A program made the translations under genes and the position numbers. A DNA stretch of 64,000 nt from Octopus vulgaris (Eukaryota), in assembly GCA_951406725.2 (NCBI GenBank), contig OX597820.1:43958001-44022000 (forward strand), in the 5' to 3' direction. The notes under the pieces were generated by a model, which worked only from the letters and a program-made list of their open reading frames with translations, was not told the origin of the DNA and did no database searches. The stretch's first letter is position 1. Each line of letters starts with the position of its first letter. This document shows, piece by piece, positions 1 through 12,120 of the stretch.

Positions 1-40
1 TATGTTTATATATGACGTAAACTGAAGGATAGGAAATGAT

Positions 41-139
41 ATTTGTTTAATGTGGTTAAATCTGAAAATACCCAGAGTTTTTATTAAACCATAAAACTTA
101 ACTACATGAACCTACATATACATACATACATATATATAT

Positions 140-181
<42 letters not shown>

Positions 182-650
182 GCACACACGCACACATACC
201 TGTACACATGCATACCAATACACACGCATACACACACACATATCTGTGTTCTACATTTTTTGCTTACTGTCGCTTACGTGTTCTCCTCTTTCGCCTCTTT
301 ATTTTAAAAATATTTAAATTTCTATTTAAATATCAGACTCTAGGTATACTTGCAGTCATTTGCAAGCAGCAACTGTTTACGTATCTATATTTTGTTTCAT
401 ATTGATTTAAATCCGATAATATAATTCGTCATTTGGTTTTACTACCAATATAAAAAGGAATTGCGATTTTTCATCTCTATTTTTTATATTCAAACCCACA
501 AACATACATACACACGTACCCTCGTATGCGTGTGTTTGCGTGCGTGAGTGTATTTTCTATACTGGAATATACAGTAATGGAGGAATATTAAATACGAAAT
601 GCTCATAAAAATAGGAAACCATCTATAAGCGAAAAAACATAGATGTCTGT
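41..650. repeat. Dispersed unclassified repeat, copy 1, interrupted by microsatellite; may start before the window
   Basis: Colinear similarity to 12121-12550, e.g. tatttgtttaatgtggttaaatctgaaaata vs tatttgtttaatgaggtaaaatctgaaaata, and tttttcatctctattttt vs tttttcatctctactttt. Confidence 0.7.
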
Positions 651-738
651 ATACATATATGTGTGTGTGCGTGCATGTGTATGTGGGTCGGCTTTTCTGT
701 GTGTCTATCTATCTATATATATGTATGTGTGTGAATAA

Positions 739-769
<31 letters not shown>

Positions 770-770
770 T

Positions 771-933
771 AGGCGGAGGCGTGGCCGTGTGATAAGAAGC
801 TTGCTTCCCAACCACATGGTTCCGGGTTCAGTCCCACTGCCTGGCACCTTAGATAAGTGTCTTCTACTATAGCCTGGAGCCGATCAAAGCCTTGTGAGTG
901 GATTTGGTAAACGGAAACTGAAAGAAACCCCAC

Positions 934-934
<1 letters not shown>
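771..934 (+). mobile_element. SINE family A, 5' half (tRNA-like head + CORE-like domain)
   Basis: A-box-like tggccgtgtgataag and B-box-like ggttcagtccc, then ccttagataagtgtcttctactatagcc...gaaactgaaagaa. Matches the copies at 5802, 7940, 21780 and 61080. Confidence 0.85.
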
Positions 935-986
<52 letters not shown>

Positions 987-988
<2 letters not shown>

Positions 989-1689
989 AAAATAGGACAA
1001 GAATGCAAAACATCCAGACAGGTGATACTACAAAAAAGAGGAAAAAAACAGACGATGCAAAGAAAACAAGGACCGGTCATTCGGAGTTTTCTATCCACAG
1101 TCGAGTTCCAGATTTTCTTTGCAATTTCGGCTGGTTATACTCGAGATTCCTCCAATCTGGCCAGCCCCAAGGAAAACTAAGCTTAGAGTATTAGACTCCT
1201 TGGAAGAAAGCAGCGAAAGTATACGAAAACAAGGACGAAAAAATGGAGAAATGTTACACAAATACAAATGCAAGTAACAGGACATAACAACAGGTGTCTT
1301 TCGACTAAGGACGAATTAAATTAAGCTGGTGTGTGTGGAAGTAAAATCTTACGGCTGGAACATAAGATTTAACATGCACATGAAGGAATATAATTGTAGC
1401 GGGGATGGTAGTGGAACCAAGAAGGAAAAGTGAGGGTTGGCCGAACACCAGTCACGTGGGGAGAGAAGAGAGAGAAGCAGAGGCAGAGGGGTAGGAGAAT
1501 TAAGGAGGTGCAAGAAAAAATGTAAGGACACCGTGAAGTAAAAAAAGGGGCGAAAGTGAGCATGAAGAGAAGACCAGGAAATGTAAGAGAGAGAGGGAAC
1601 AAAAGAACGAAGAGTGGAATGGATGAAGTAAGAGTGAAAGGGCTGATAAAAAGAAGGAAAGAATAGAAAGAATAATAGAGTCGTACAAA

Positions 1690-1731
<42 letters not shown>

Positions 1732-2015
1732 TTAGATATAAGAGACCAAAGTGTACGTACGCCGCTATATACTTATATATTTTAAAAAATACAAAAATGG
1801 GACAAGAACGCAAAACATCCAGACAGTTAGGTGACAAAAAAAGGGACTAAAAACATCCAAACAGACAATACAAAGAAAACAAGGACGGGTCATTCGGAGT
1901 TTTCTATCCTCAGTTGAGTTCCAGATTATCTTTGCAATTCCGGCTAGTTATACTCGAGATTGCTCCAATCTGGCCATCCCCAAGGAAAAACTAAGCTAAG
2001 AGCATTAGATTCCTC
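987..2015 (-). mobile_element. Two partial copies (987-1690 and 1790-2015) of a short repeat embedded in (TA)n, possibly Penelope-like terminal repeats
   Basis: 987-1200 and 1790-2013 align directly (ggacaagaa..caaaacatccagacag...gtcattcggagttttctatcc). A third related copy lies at 6195-6320. The Penelope assignment is inference. Confidence 0.5.
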
Positions 2016-2029
2016 GATATATATACATG

Positions 2030-2175
2030 TTAGCAGAGGCTCCCGGCGTTGCCTGGGAATGAAATTGTTCCTGGTAGATTGGAAGAAAAAAGCAATATAT
2101 GTTGTAAAGATATTTGTTATTCTAAATTCAATTTATTCTTCAATCGGGAAATCAATTCTGAATTCATAATACAAA

Positions 2176-2254
<79 letters not shown>

Positions 2255-3697
2255 CACGAAATTTTTTATCATATGCACAGTATTATTTTGGAAGAAATTT
2301 AGGTTCATATTCATTCACAAATGCAGCCAAGTCTGTCATACAATAATTTATATCTCTTGCTATGTCTCTTGAAGTTAAATCACTAATTTGACGGTTTGTT
2401 TTTGGCAGTCCACAGCCAGACTCTTGCAACTTTTTGCCTCCCATGGCCAAAACTTGATCTTCAATTTCAGTCGGTGCTTGTTTAAAAATTGTTTCTGAGA
2501 ACTGAATTTTGATAATTGGGCTTGCCTGTTGAACTACATACTTTAAGTCCTCAGCCATGTCCTCACAATGTTTCATCCAAAGCAGTAGGGGACTGCCAAG
2601 CTGACACATGTTCAATATAATTGCAAAAAGGTTACAGAGTTTCCTTGGAGAATGATACTGATGCTTCATTCAATGCAAGGTCTCAATGCTCATCATTTTC
2701 TAAAAAAGCCTTGTTTATAGCATGCTTTGCTTTAGTTTCACACACATGATCATTTACCCTCCTCGAATCTTGGAATGATTTGGGACCACGTATTTCATGC
2801 AAAAAGAGCCGTAGATAGTAGCATTCTGCTTGCTTGGTGGGGGACACTGTAAACTCTTGCATGAGCGTCCACTCGTTTCCTCTAGTACCATTTATTGTTT
2901 CCCTAAGTGTAATATTTGGGTAATTGTGAATAAAAGAGTTTTTTGCACCTTCATCTACTTGGCACAACTTAAAAAAGGCAGTAATGGGTAGTTTCTTTTC
3001 GAAAAAGTGTTTGCTGCAAGGATGTTTGTTTTGTAAAGATAACCCTGTGGCCATTCTCTAGATGGACACTCAGATGAATTTTGTCTGGGTGCCTCTCGTG
3101 AATGGGAAAATTAAAGATGCACCAAAATGTCTCATTGATACTGATGTATCTTGTTCTGTCATACTGTAGATCCTAGTCTTTTTCATTTATCTGCTGACGG
3201 CTATTTTGCATAACAAAGTATGTCGCAGCATCTAAACCTATGTTTATATATTTGCAAACATACGTAATAGAGTTAACAGAGTTTCAGAATTCAGCATTGA
3301 CTCTAGCTACCTTGCTTCACTGTAGAATACTGATCATTTACATCTACCCCGACTCCTCTTGTAAAGAGCGAGAACATTGATCTCGGAGACTTTTTCGAAA
3401 ATTAAAATGGGGATTAAATGAAAATGAGTTATGTGAATATCTTCAAAAGAGTCATTAAAATAAATGGCGATTTTGGAACGCCTCACGCATGCACGCACAC
3501 TCACTCACATCCACCCACAACCACACACGCGCGCGCGTATACATACAGTATCAAACAGATGAAATGGACGTGTGTGAGAGAAGTGGTGTGTTGTCATGTA
3601 TACGTACGTACATAAATAAATATGCATCCATTTTTGTATGTGTGTTCGTATGTGTGTGATAAAGAGAGAGTGTGTTACCTAGATACCACACTCCCTT

Positions 3698-3761
<64 letters not shown>

Positions 3762-4364
3762 ACACACACACACATATATATATACAAAAAATATGAACGC
3801 ATAAGTATTTATATATGTATGTATACTGACAACACGTATACGTACATATATAATTCTCTCTCCCTCTTTCTCTCTTTTACACACACACACACACATACCT
3901 AAATGTATACAAACGTACATACAAAAACACACGCGTGCGTGTGTGACTGACTTGTGTGTGATAGAGAGAAAGAGGGGAGAGAGAACATTGCAAACAATGA
4001 ATAAAATAAGTATGAAATGAAAAATCGTATAAATAAAAGCTCAATAAAAACTATCTTGTACCGAATATTTAGAATTGTGAACATAGTAAATATTTCCTTC
4101 AGTAATTTGCCGTAGTTGTTTGCAAATAGCGAATTAAAACTTGAAATGAAAACATTAAAATATAGAGCGTGAGATCTTGCAAATGAAAACGGAAAACATC
4201 AACGTGGGCTACGTCAATACTGGAAGTTGACATTGAGAAATCTTTTTAAAGAAGCGCATCATATATATAAAGCAATATTATTTATTTTTAATGGAAAAAT
4301 AAAATGGAAACCCTATTATGTATCCGAGGTCGAATTATTCATGCATCTCAATATAATATATACA

Positions 4365-4368
<4 letters not shown>
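2030..4368 (-). mobile_element. Decayed Helitron with RepHel coding remnants at about 2283-3300
   Basis: ORF 2683-3054 contains AECYYLRLFLHEIRGPKSFQDSRRVND, a typical Helitron RepHel motif. The minus-strand 3' end reads cccaggcaacgccggg (hairpin) then CTAA at 2030-2033. The 5' boundary is approximate. Confidence 0.8.
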
Positions 4369-4420
<52 letters not shown>

Positions 4421-4429
<9 letters not shown>

Positions 4430-4640
4430 ATGTTTGTGTGTCTGTGTTTGTCCCTCACACACCAACGCTTGACAATCGACGTTGGTGTGTTTACGTTCCC
4501 GTCACTTAGCGGTTCGGTAAAAAAAGACCAATAGAATAAGTACTAAGCTTACAAAGAATAAGTCCAGGGGTCGATTCGTTCGACTAAAGGTGGTGCTCCA
4601 GCATGGCCGCAGTCAAGTGACTGAAACAAGTAAAAGAATG
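4421..4640 (+). mobile_element. SINE family A, 3' half
   Basis: cgcttgacaatcgacgttggtgtgtttacg...catggccgcagtcaagtgactgaaacaagtaaaaga matches the 3' halves of the complete copies. Confidence 0.8.
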
Positions 4641-4860
4641 AAATATATATATACTTATATATATACTTATGTGTGTTAGTGTGTATATATAATATATACA
4701 TGAATATATATATATATATATATATATTCGGAAACTTGTATATAGATATATATTATACATATACAGAGAAAGATGGAGAGATAGAAAGATAACATATACA
4801 ACATACATATATATATATATATATAATTATATATACGTGTATATGCGTGTACACGTATGT

Positions 4861-4912
<52 letters not shown>

Positions 4913-5698
4913 TGCATGTGAACATGTATGTATGTATACATATATGTGTGTTATATAGTATACGAAATTAATCGATGTCTGTCTCGACATCCAAGTGTTT
5001 CAGCTACTTCATGACTAAAATTGTTGACGTCACGTTAGTCATGAAGCGACCAAAAAAAAAAAAAACACATATTAATTTGTATATTGTAATTGTATATTAT
5101 GTCCCGTAACGTCTTATTCATTTGTTTCATATACTGCCAGTAGTTGCACGCGCAAGATAATTTGTCTAACAAATGTTAACTGAAGTCAGAGACGGGTATG
5201 ATCGACGAAAAAGAAAATTACAGAAATCCTGTTGATACAGCTGAGCCATATTAATTACATCATGATAACACAATGAAAGGAAGATAGCTTGATACCCTAA
5301 TGCAACTAAGTTACGGCAACGCCACATATCAAATGATATTTCAACATGGCGTCGAAGATGTTATGTAGTAATATACTGTTGAAATGAAATGTGTTTTCGT
5401 AATGTTATTGAGAAAAATCGTTGAAATTCACGAAATATGGTTTAACTCTTTTTCTCTGCCTCCTTCTCACACCGTACTGTCGACTTTCGCTCTTCGAATG
5501 CACTGACTGACATCTTCATTTCATGACCCCCCCTCTCCCTCTCTCTCTCTCTTTGTCTACCTTTTTTTTTCGCTCGTCCTCTTTCACTGGAATAACAACA
5601 CACATACACATACATAAATACATACATACATACAAACATACATACATACATACAAACATGCATGCATGCTTGCATACATACATACATACATACATACA

Positions 5699-5732
<34 letters not shown>

Positions 5733-5801
5733 AATACATACATACATACATGCATACATACATACATACATACATACATACACACATACATACATAAATG
5801 C

Positions 5802-6170
5802 AGGCGCAGCTATATGGTAAGAAGTTTGCCTTTTAACCTCATCGTTCTGATTTCAATCTCATTGCATGGCACCTTCAGCAAGTGTCTTCTACTATAGCCC
5901 CGGGTCCATCAAAGCCTTGTGAGTGGATTTGGTAGACGGAAACTGAAAGAAGCCCGTCGTATATGTATATTTATGAATCTGTTTGTATGAATCTGCCTGT
6001 GCTTGTTGCCCACCACCACCTGACAACCGGTGTTGGCTTGTCTACGTCCCCGAAACTTTGGCAAAAGTGACCAGGCTTTAAATAATATGTCATTCAGTCA
6101 TTTGACTAAAATTCGTTCTAAGGCGGTGCCCCAGCATGGCTACAGTCCAATAACTGAAAGTGAAAGATAA
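5802..6170 (+). mobile_element. SINE family A, complete diverged copy
   Basis: Head, CORE-like part, internal simple repeat and tail are colinear with 61080-61440. Confidence 0.8.
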
Positions 6171-6315
6171 TATACATATATATAAAAAAAATTCAAAATG
6201 GGACAAGAACGCAAAACATCCAGATAGACGATACAAAAAACACGGACGGTTCATTCGAAGCCTTTATTCTTCAGTCAAGAACCAAATCATCCTCGCAATT
6301 TCGGCTGATTAATCT

Positions 6316-6363
<48 letters not shown>

Positions 6364-6368
6364 TTATT

Positions 6369-6414
<46 letters not shown>

Positions 6415-6419
<5 letters not shown>

Positions 6420-6695
6420 CGACCGACCAGACCATCAGATGTTGCTACACATCACTGGTCACAATGCGTTCGCATTGATTTAGCCTTCGATTGACGCCAC
6501 CCCGCTGGCTAAGCGAGTAGGCCAACAGAAGAAAGAGTGAGAGAAAGAGTGGTGAAAGAGTACAACATGGGTCACCACCTCCAATCGGAGCTCGTGGAGC
6601 TTTTAGGTGTTTTCGGTCAATAACCACACACGATGCCCGGTCTGGGAATCGAAACCGCGAGTCCGCTTCCCTAGCCACTGGGCCATTGCGCCTCC
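6415..6695 (-). mobile_element. SINE family B variant (tRNA-like head, alternative tail)
   Basis: Minus strand starts ggaggcgcaatggcccagtggctaggg with B box ggtttcgattccc. The middle is shared with 34528-34920 but the tail differs. Confidence 0.8.
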
Positions 6696-6817
6696 TATAT
6701 ATATATATATATATATATTATATTAAATTAGAGACAAAACCACTATTATGCAAATCAAACAAAGAAAGACTTAAGCCAATACATAAAATAATTTTTAGAA
6801 ATTTAACAATTATAAAT

Positions 6818-6878
6818 AACCACTACGATCGTTTCATGTCTTATTTCAGCACATCTTTGAGACATTCTTCAGGTGGTT
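6818..6878 (-). ncRNA. Type I hammerhead ribozyme motif
   Basis: Minus strand: AACCAC CUGAAGA AUGUCU [18 nt] AGACAU GAAAC GAUC GUA GUGGUU. Full catalytic core, 6-bp stem I, 6-bp stem II, short stem III with palindromic loop. Confidence 0.8.
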
Positions 6879-7169
6879 TCAAAACCAGACTCAATATTCA
6901 ATAAACCATTAAATATTTAATATTTATTAATAAAATATTTATTAATACAATGAAAAACCATCTATAATCTAACTATAATTAAAAACATAACCTAAATAAC
7001 TAAAAAAATTATTATAATAAGTACTCAATATCACTTAGTATATTTATAATACTAGAACAAAAACCAATAAATAAGGAACTATTTAGATGGTTTTTCATTG
7101 TATTAATAAATATTCTATTAATAAATATTAAATATTTAATGGTTTATTGAATATTGAGTCTGGTTTTGA

Positions 7170-7230
7170 AACCACCTGAAGAACGTCTCAAAGATGTGGT
7201 GAAATAAGACATGAAACGATCGTAGTGGTT
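7170..7230 (+). ncRNA. Type I hammerhead ribozyme motif
   Basis: AACCAC CUGAAGA ACGUCU [18 nt] AGACAU GAAAC GAUC GUA GUGGUU. One C-A mismatch in stem II. Predicted cleavage after 7224. Confidence 0.75.
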
Positions 7231-7407
7231 ATTTATAATTGTTAAATTTCTAAAAATTATTTTATGTATTGGCTTAAGTCTTTCTTTGTTTGATTTGCAT
7301 AATAGTGGTTTTGTCTCTAATTTAATATAATATAATATTTTACTATAAAATTGGATTCAATCCTAAATCTGATTTTTCTCTGTAAATTTGGATTTATTCC
7401 CTAATAT

Positions 7408-7438
<31 letters not shown>

Positions 7439-7939
7439 TATATACATACATACATACATACATATATACATACATACATACATACATACATACATACATA
7501 CATACATACATACATACATACATACATACAAAGCACACGCACACACACACGCACACACACACAAACACGCACACAGAAAATGTGTGTCACTGACAAACGG
7601 ACGCGTCAATATAGATATGGTAAGTTTTCGATTACCAAGAAGAAAACATGAATTGGGGTAGCCTTCAGTCTTTACATTGAGAGGACTTCCTTCTAAGTAT
7701 TTGTCTTATCGTAAGGTACGTGTTACGCTCATAACTTTTGGAGCAAATATCGTATCAGCTTTACCGCACTAATGCCGTAAATTCGAAACATCGTAACCAA
7801 AACAATCATAAGACATGTGTGTATGTATGCATGCATGTATGTATATATGCATGCATGTATGTATGCATGCATATATGTATGTATGTATGTGTTTGTGTAT
7901 GTGTGTATGCATGTATGTCAGGTTTTTTTATACATTTTA

Positions 7940-8306
7940 AGCGCAAGCCTGGCTGTGTCATAAGAAACTTACTTCCCGACCACACGGTACAGGGTTTAGT
8001 CTCACAGCGTGGCACCTTGACCAATTGCTTTATAGCCTCAGGCATACCAAAGTTTTGAGTGGGTTTGGTACACGGAAACTAAAAGAAGCCCGTTGTGTGT
8101 GTGTGTGTGTGAGACCATCCGTTGACAACCGGTGTTGGTGTGTTTACGTCCCTGTAACTAAGCGATTCGGCAAAAGTGACCGATAGAATAAGTACCATGT
8201 TTGACAATAAAATAAGTACTGGGGCCGATTCATTCGACGAAGATAAATATTTCAAGGCGTTATCTCAGCATGGTCGCTGTCTAATGATTGAAACAAGTAA
8301 AAGATA
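7940..8306 (+). mobile_element. SINE family A, complete diverged copy
   Basis: Colinear with the other family A copies; internal (GT)n. Confidence 0.8.
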
Positions 8307-8922
8307 GCAGATAAAACGATAGAAAGAGAGAGATACATACATATTCACATACATAGATACATACATACAGATCTGATTGCTAGATAGATACGTACATACA
8401 TATTTATAGACATAGGTATAATAAATGCGAATGTTAATGTGTCAGTGTGTCACACTTTTTCAGCTTTACTTCTAGAGACCGTAGCCCAATATATCATACC
8501 ATTTTGGAATCAGGTTGACTCCTTGAGTAAATTGATAATATTCCCGGCCGAATCCGGACCCGCAATCCTGAAATTTTCATTATTGCGATTGTTTTCGTCG
8601 ATTTTTACGTGATTTTTTGCGACGAATTTTTTTGTAAGATAACAATTTCTATAACTTGGAAATAAATTTTGAGAATAATTAAAATTAATTGCAAAATCCA
8701 GCGATTATTTTTCGGCGGTTTTTCACTTGATTTTTAGCGACGAATATGATTATCATCGGGATATGAGTCTGGAGAAGCAATTGCAATAAATTCTCTAAAA
8801 CAAGTCAGAGATCTGTTTGCAGAACTTCCAATTCGGGGTCAGTAGCTTAAAAGGTATATATAGGGCGGCTTTTAAGCTGGCATAGACTATATGTGTGAAT
8901 GTATGAATATATATATATATAT

Positions 8923-9001
8923 AATTGTTATCGCCATATTAATATGGCATTCTTATAGATATAAGAATAATCGCTACCATATTAATATGGCGATAACAAT
9001 T
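8923..9001. repeat. Short nested palindrome
   Basis: aattgttatcgccatattaatatgg ... ccatattaatatggcgataacaatt around a central attcttata-ga-tataagaat hairpin. Confidence 0.8.
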
Positions 9002-9054
9002 AATTTCCAGTAAACGCTGCCATAATCTCTTTTATAGAGACTTAGTAATTTTAA

Positions 9055-9157
<103 letters not shown>

Positions 9158-9310
9158 GTGTATATTTAGGGATAACCACTAGGTGGATAACCAATATGCT
9201 AGATCACATACGATCTAACTACAAAGAAAAGAATGTTCTCTAGAGAAATTCAGCAAACACCAGAACATAAGCTGGTAAGACAGATGGAAATATATAAAAA
9301 TCCAGAATTA

Positions 9311-9360
9311 ATCGTAGACCGATTACGTAATTTTTTCGTCCGTAGACTCGTCAGTACGGT
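9311..9360 (-). ncRNA. Type I hammerhead-like motif with damaged stem III
   Basis: Minus strand: CGUA CUGACGA GUC UACG GAC GAAA AA AUUACGUAAU CG GUC UACG. Core and stems I and II are intact; stem III is mismatched next to the core. Confidence 0.6.
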
Positions 9361-9419
9361 CGTTCCAATTCAATATAATTTGTAAAACTAAAGCACTAGT
9401 TGTCCTTATAAAACTAGAC

Positions 9420-9481
<62 letters not shown>

Positions 9482-9486
<5 letters not shown>

Positions 9487-9713
9487 AGTAATGAGAGTCC
9501 ACATGTGGTCACTCTAACGCTAGATATAGATCCACGAAGGGAATCCACCACTAAAGAATTGTTCTCAAGAATTAGTTCAACGCGCCAAGAATGCTTACAT
9601 TCTTGGTGCGTTGAACTAATTCTTGAGAACAATTCTTTAGTGGTGGATTCCCTTCGTGGATCTATATCTAGCGTTAGAGTGACCACACGTGGACTCTCTC
9701 TCATTACTTGTAT
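9482..9713. repeat. Near-perfect palindrome, ~112-bp arms, 4-nt loop at 9594-9597
   Basis: Arms are reverse complements apart from 2 substitutions and a 4-nt CT-repeat indel. The mirror ORFs on both strands in the track confirm the symmetry. Confidence 0.95.
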
Positions 9714-11033
9714 TAATAATTTTTACTGTATCCCAGTTTTTATACGCTAGGCCACTTGGTGTTTTAAATTGATGTTATTAATTAATATTCAATTTTTTTC
9801 ACCCTTATTGTGATTTTAATTATATATATATATATATATATAGTCCACAGATGAAATCCATAGATTCTTCGTATACACGACACTTTGTAATGCTTAAAAG
9901 ATTCAAACTTAGGCTCCGATGGGATCGATTCCACAAGGTAAAGAAAGGCTATAAGAGGGATCAAACTGAACAGGTATAGAGTCAATTATGCGGGTAAACA
10001 AATCAGACACATTAAATATATCTAAAAATGTATAGTTTGGGTATGAAATATAAAATATTATATATGTATACATGTAAAACGAGAGAAAGCGAATGATGGA
10101 AACTTTCAGATGAGGAATTTTGAGTCTGAATACATAGATACTTATATTAATCGGTCAATCTTACACAGAGTACAAACAACAAAGAAAATTCAAGCGATGG
10201 AAAAAAGGTACCCGTTTTGTAAGCGATAGTTTCCTGTCATCTGTAAAAATAAAGGAAGCAGAATAGTTCACTGATTAGCGTGTGGATTGTATCCCTTTGC
10301 TTCAGTTGTTTGACAGTTTACAGTAGATTTTCCGTTTATCGTCATCTGATGCAACTTCGAACATCATCAGTTATGTTTCTTAGGATTATTAGGTGTTTGG
10401 TATCTTTCAACATCAGATACACTTACCCATGTGATCTAATCGGGGTTAATCAAGCCAGCCCCAACTTGGTTCTAGTTAGTCTACCCTTTGTAGCACTGTC
10501 CGTTCCAGGGCTCGTAACCTCTCTTGCTTCCAAAAAACAACCTGATTGCTTCCTGCCTTCTACCTCCTGGCCACCGTAATTCCATGCATGCTGTAAGCTC
10601 TGGTCTGCAACCTTCTGCACCCTACCTTGATGGGATCACCTCTTGCTTGCCACCAATTGATTAGGTATAACTCCATATATCTCTGCATATATCCTTCTCT
10701 TACTCTCGTTAGTCTCCTTGATGCGGTCCTCCTCGAGAACAGAGAGCTCTAACAGAGCCATTTATTTAGATGCTTCACTGATGTTGAATAAACTTTGAAA
10801 ATGTTCACAGATGACTATCTGCACAAATACTACTCAGTGTAAGTGATGAAAGTTAGTCTAAACTAAGATAGGTTCATTCGGATCAAAGTCGAGCAGATCG
10901 AGAATCGTATGTAAAGTCACAAATATGCTAGTATGGTTTATAACTGTAAGACTTAACTGTAGACGTGACTACATAAAAAGGCATATTAAAAACAGAGTAA
11001 TATGCCACTGATTTGGTTTAGTGCTTCTGCATA

Positions 11034-11250
11034 CGAGGGACTGCCGAAAAGTTCCTGGCTTTAAGCGAGTCGTGAAAGGCCTGGTTGGAGGCTTACCCTT
11101 CCGAGTTCTTTTACAGGGCTTAGAAAAACTGAAGGACTGCTGCAATAGGTGTGTGAATCTGAGAGGGGAATATGATGAATAAATTCATGATTAACTGATT
11201 TGCCTGTATTTTCTTTTACGCAAAGCCGGGAGCTTTTCAGAGCCTTCCCG
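11034..11250 (+). mobile_element. Mariner-derived MITE
   Basis: TA flanks, imperfect TIRs (cgagggactgccgaaaagttcctggcttt / aaagccgggagcttttcagagccttcccg). The internal frame reads GLEKLKDCCNRCVNLRGEYDE*, like a mariner transposase C-terminus. Confidence 0.8.
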
Positions 11251-11648
11251 TATAGTTAATAGAGTCAGGATATGCGTTTCCAAATTGTTCAATGGAAAGT
11301 TATTTAAGAGGTAAACCATACCAAAAAACTCCTATTCTATACTTCAATACTTTTACGAACTCTTGATGCCGTTCACTGTAATACTTCTTCTTTATGCATA
11401 ATTAACATTGTCCTGGCAGTTTGTGAATGATCTACTCATCTCTAGCATCTTACATATTTCGTACCTGATGTTATTTTAGACACCGGATGTAATTAGACAA
11501 GGCTGTGGCACTTCTCAGATACATATGTGTACATGTTACTATGTAAGTGAATACATGTGTATCTCTTAGTATGCACATGTATACATATGCATGAATATGC
11601 TTGTGTGCATATATATGTGTTCGTAAAGCATGCATATTAATGCGTTTG

Positions 11649-11693
<45 letters not shown>

Positions 11694-11846
11694 GCGTATG
11701 TATATATATATATGTGTGTGTGTATATTTATTTATCCATATTTTATCCATATACAATACATATATATATATATATATATACACATAAATTATACATATAT
11801 ATGTACACATAAATTATACATATATATGTAATATAAGCATATACAT

Positions 11847-11881
<35 letters not shown>

Positions 11882-12120
11882 CTTATACATACACACATAT
11901 ATATGCCAAATACCTACATATATATATGTGTGTGCTGTAATGTACATATATATGAACACACATGCATATGTGATCATATATATATATGCACACACACATA
12001 TATGTATATATATATATGTATGTGTGTGTGTGGGTGCTGGTGTGTATGTGCGTGTGAGTGTGTGTGTGAGTGTGTGTGTGTGAGTGTGTGTGTGTGAGTG
12101 TATGTGTGAGTGTGAAATAA

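Larger units (their letters stand above)
6715..7332. repeat. Long inverted repeat: ~250-bp arms (about 6715-6964 and 7084-7332) with a ~119-bp spacer; probable inverted Penelope-like terminal repeats
   Basis: The arms are reverse complements with only about 3 substitutions seen by eye. Each arm carries a hammerhead motif. Confidence 0.9.

Noticed and set aside
8450-8855. Possible MITE with an internal ~45-bp duplication (about 8585 and 8701)
   Set aside because: I could not define TIRs or a TSD.
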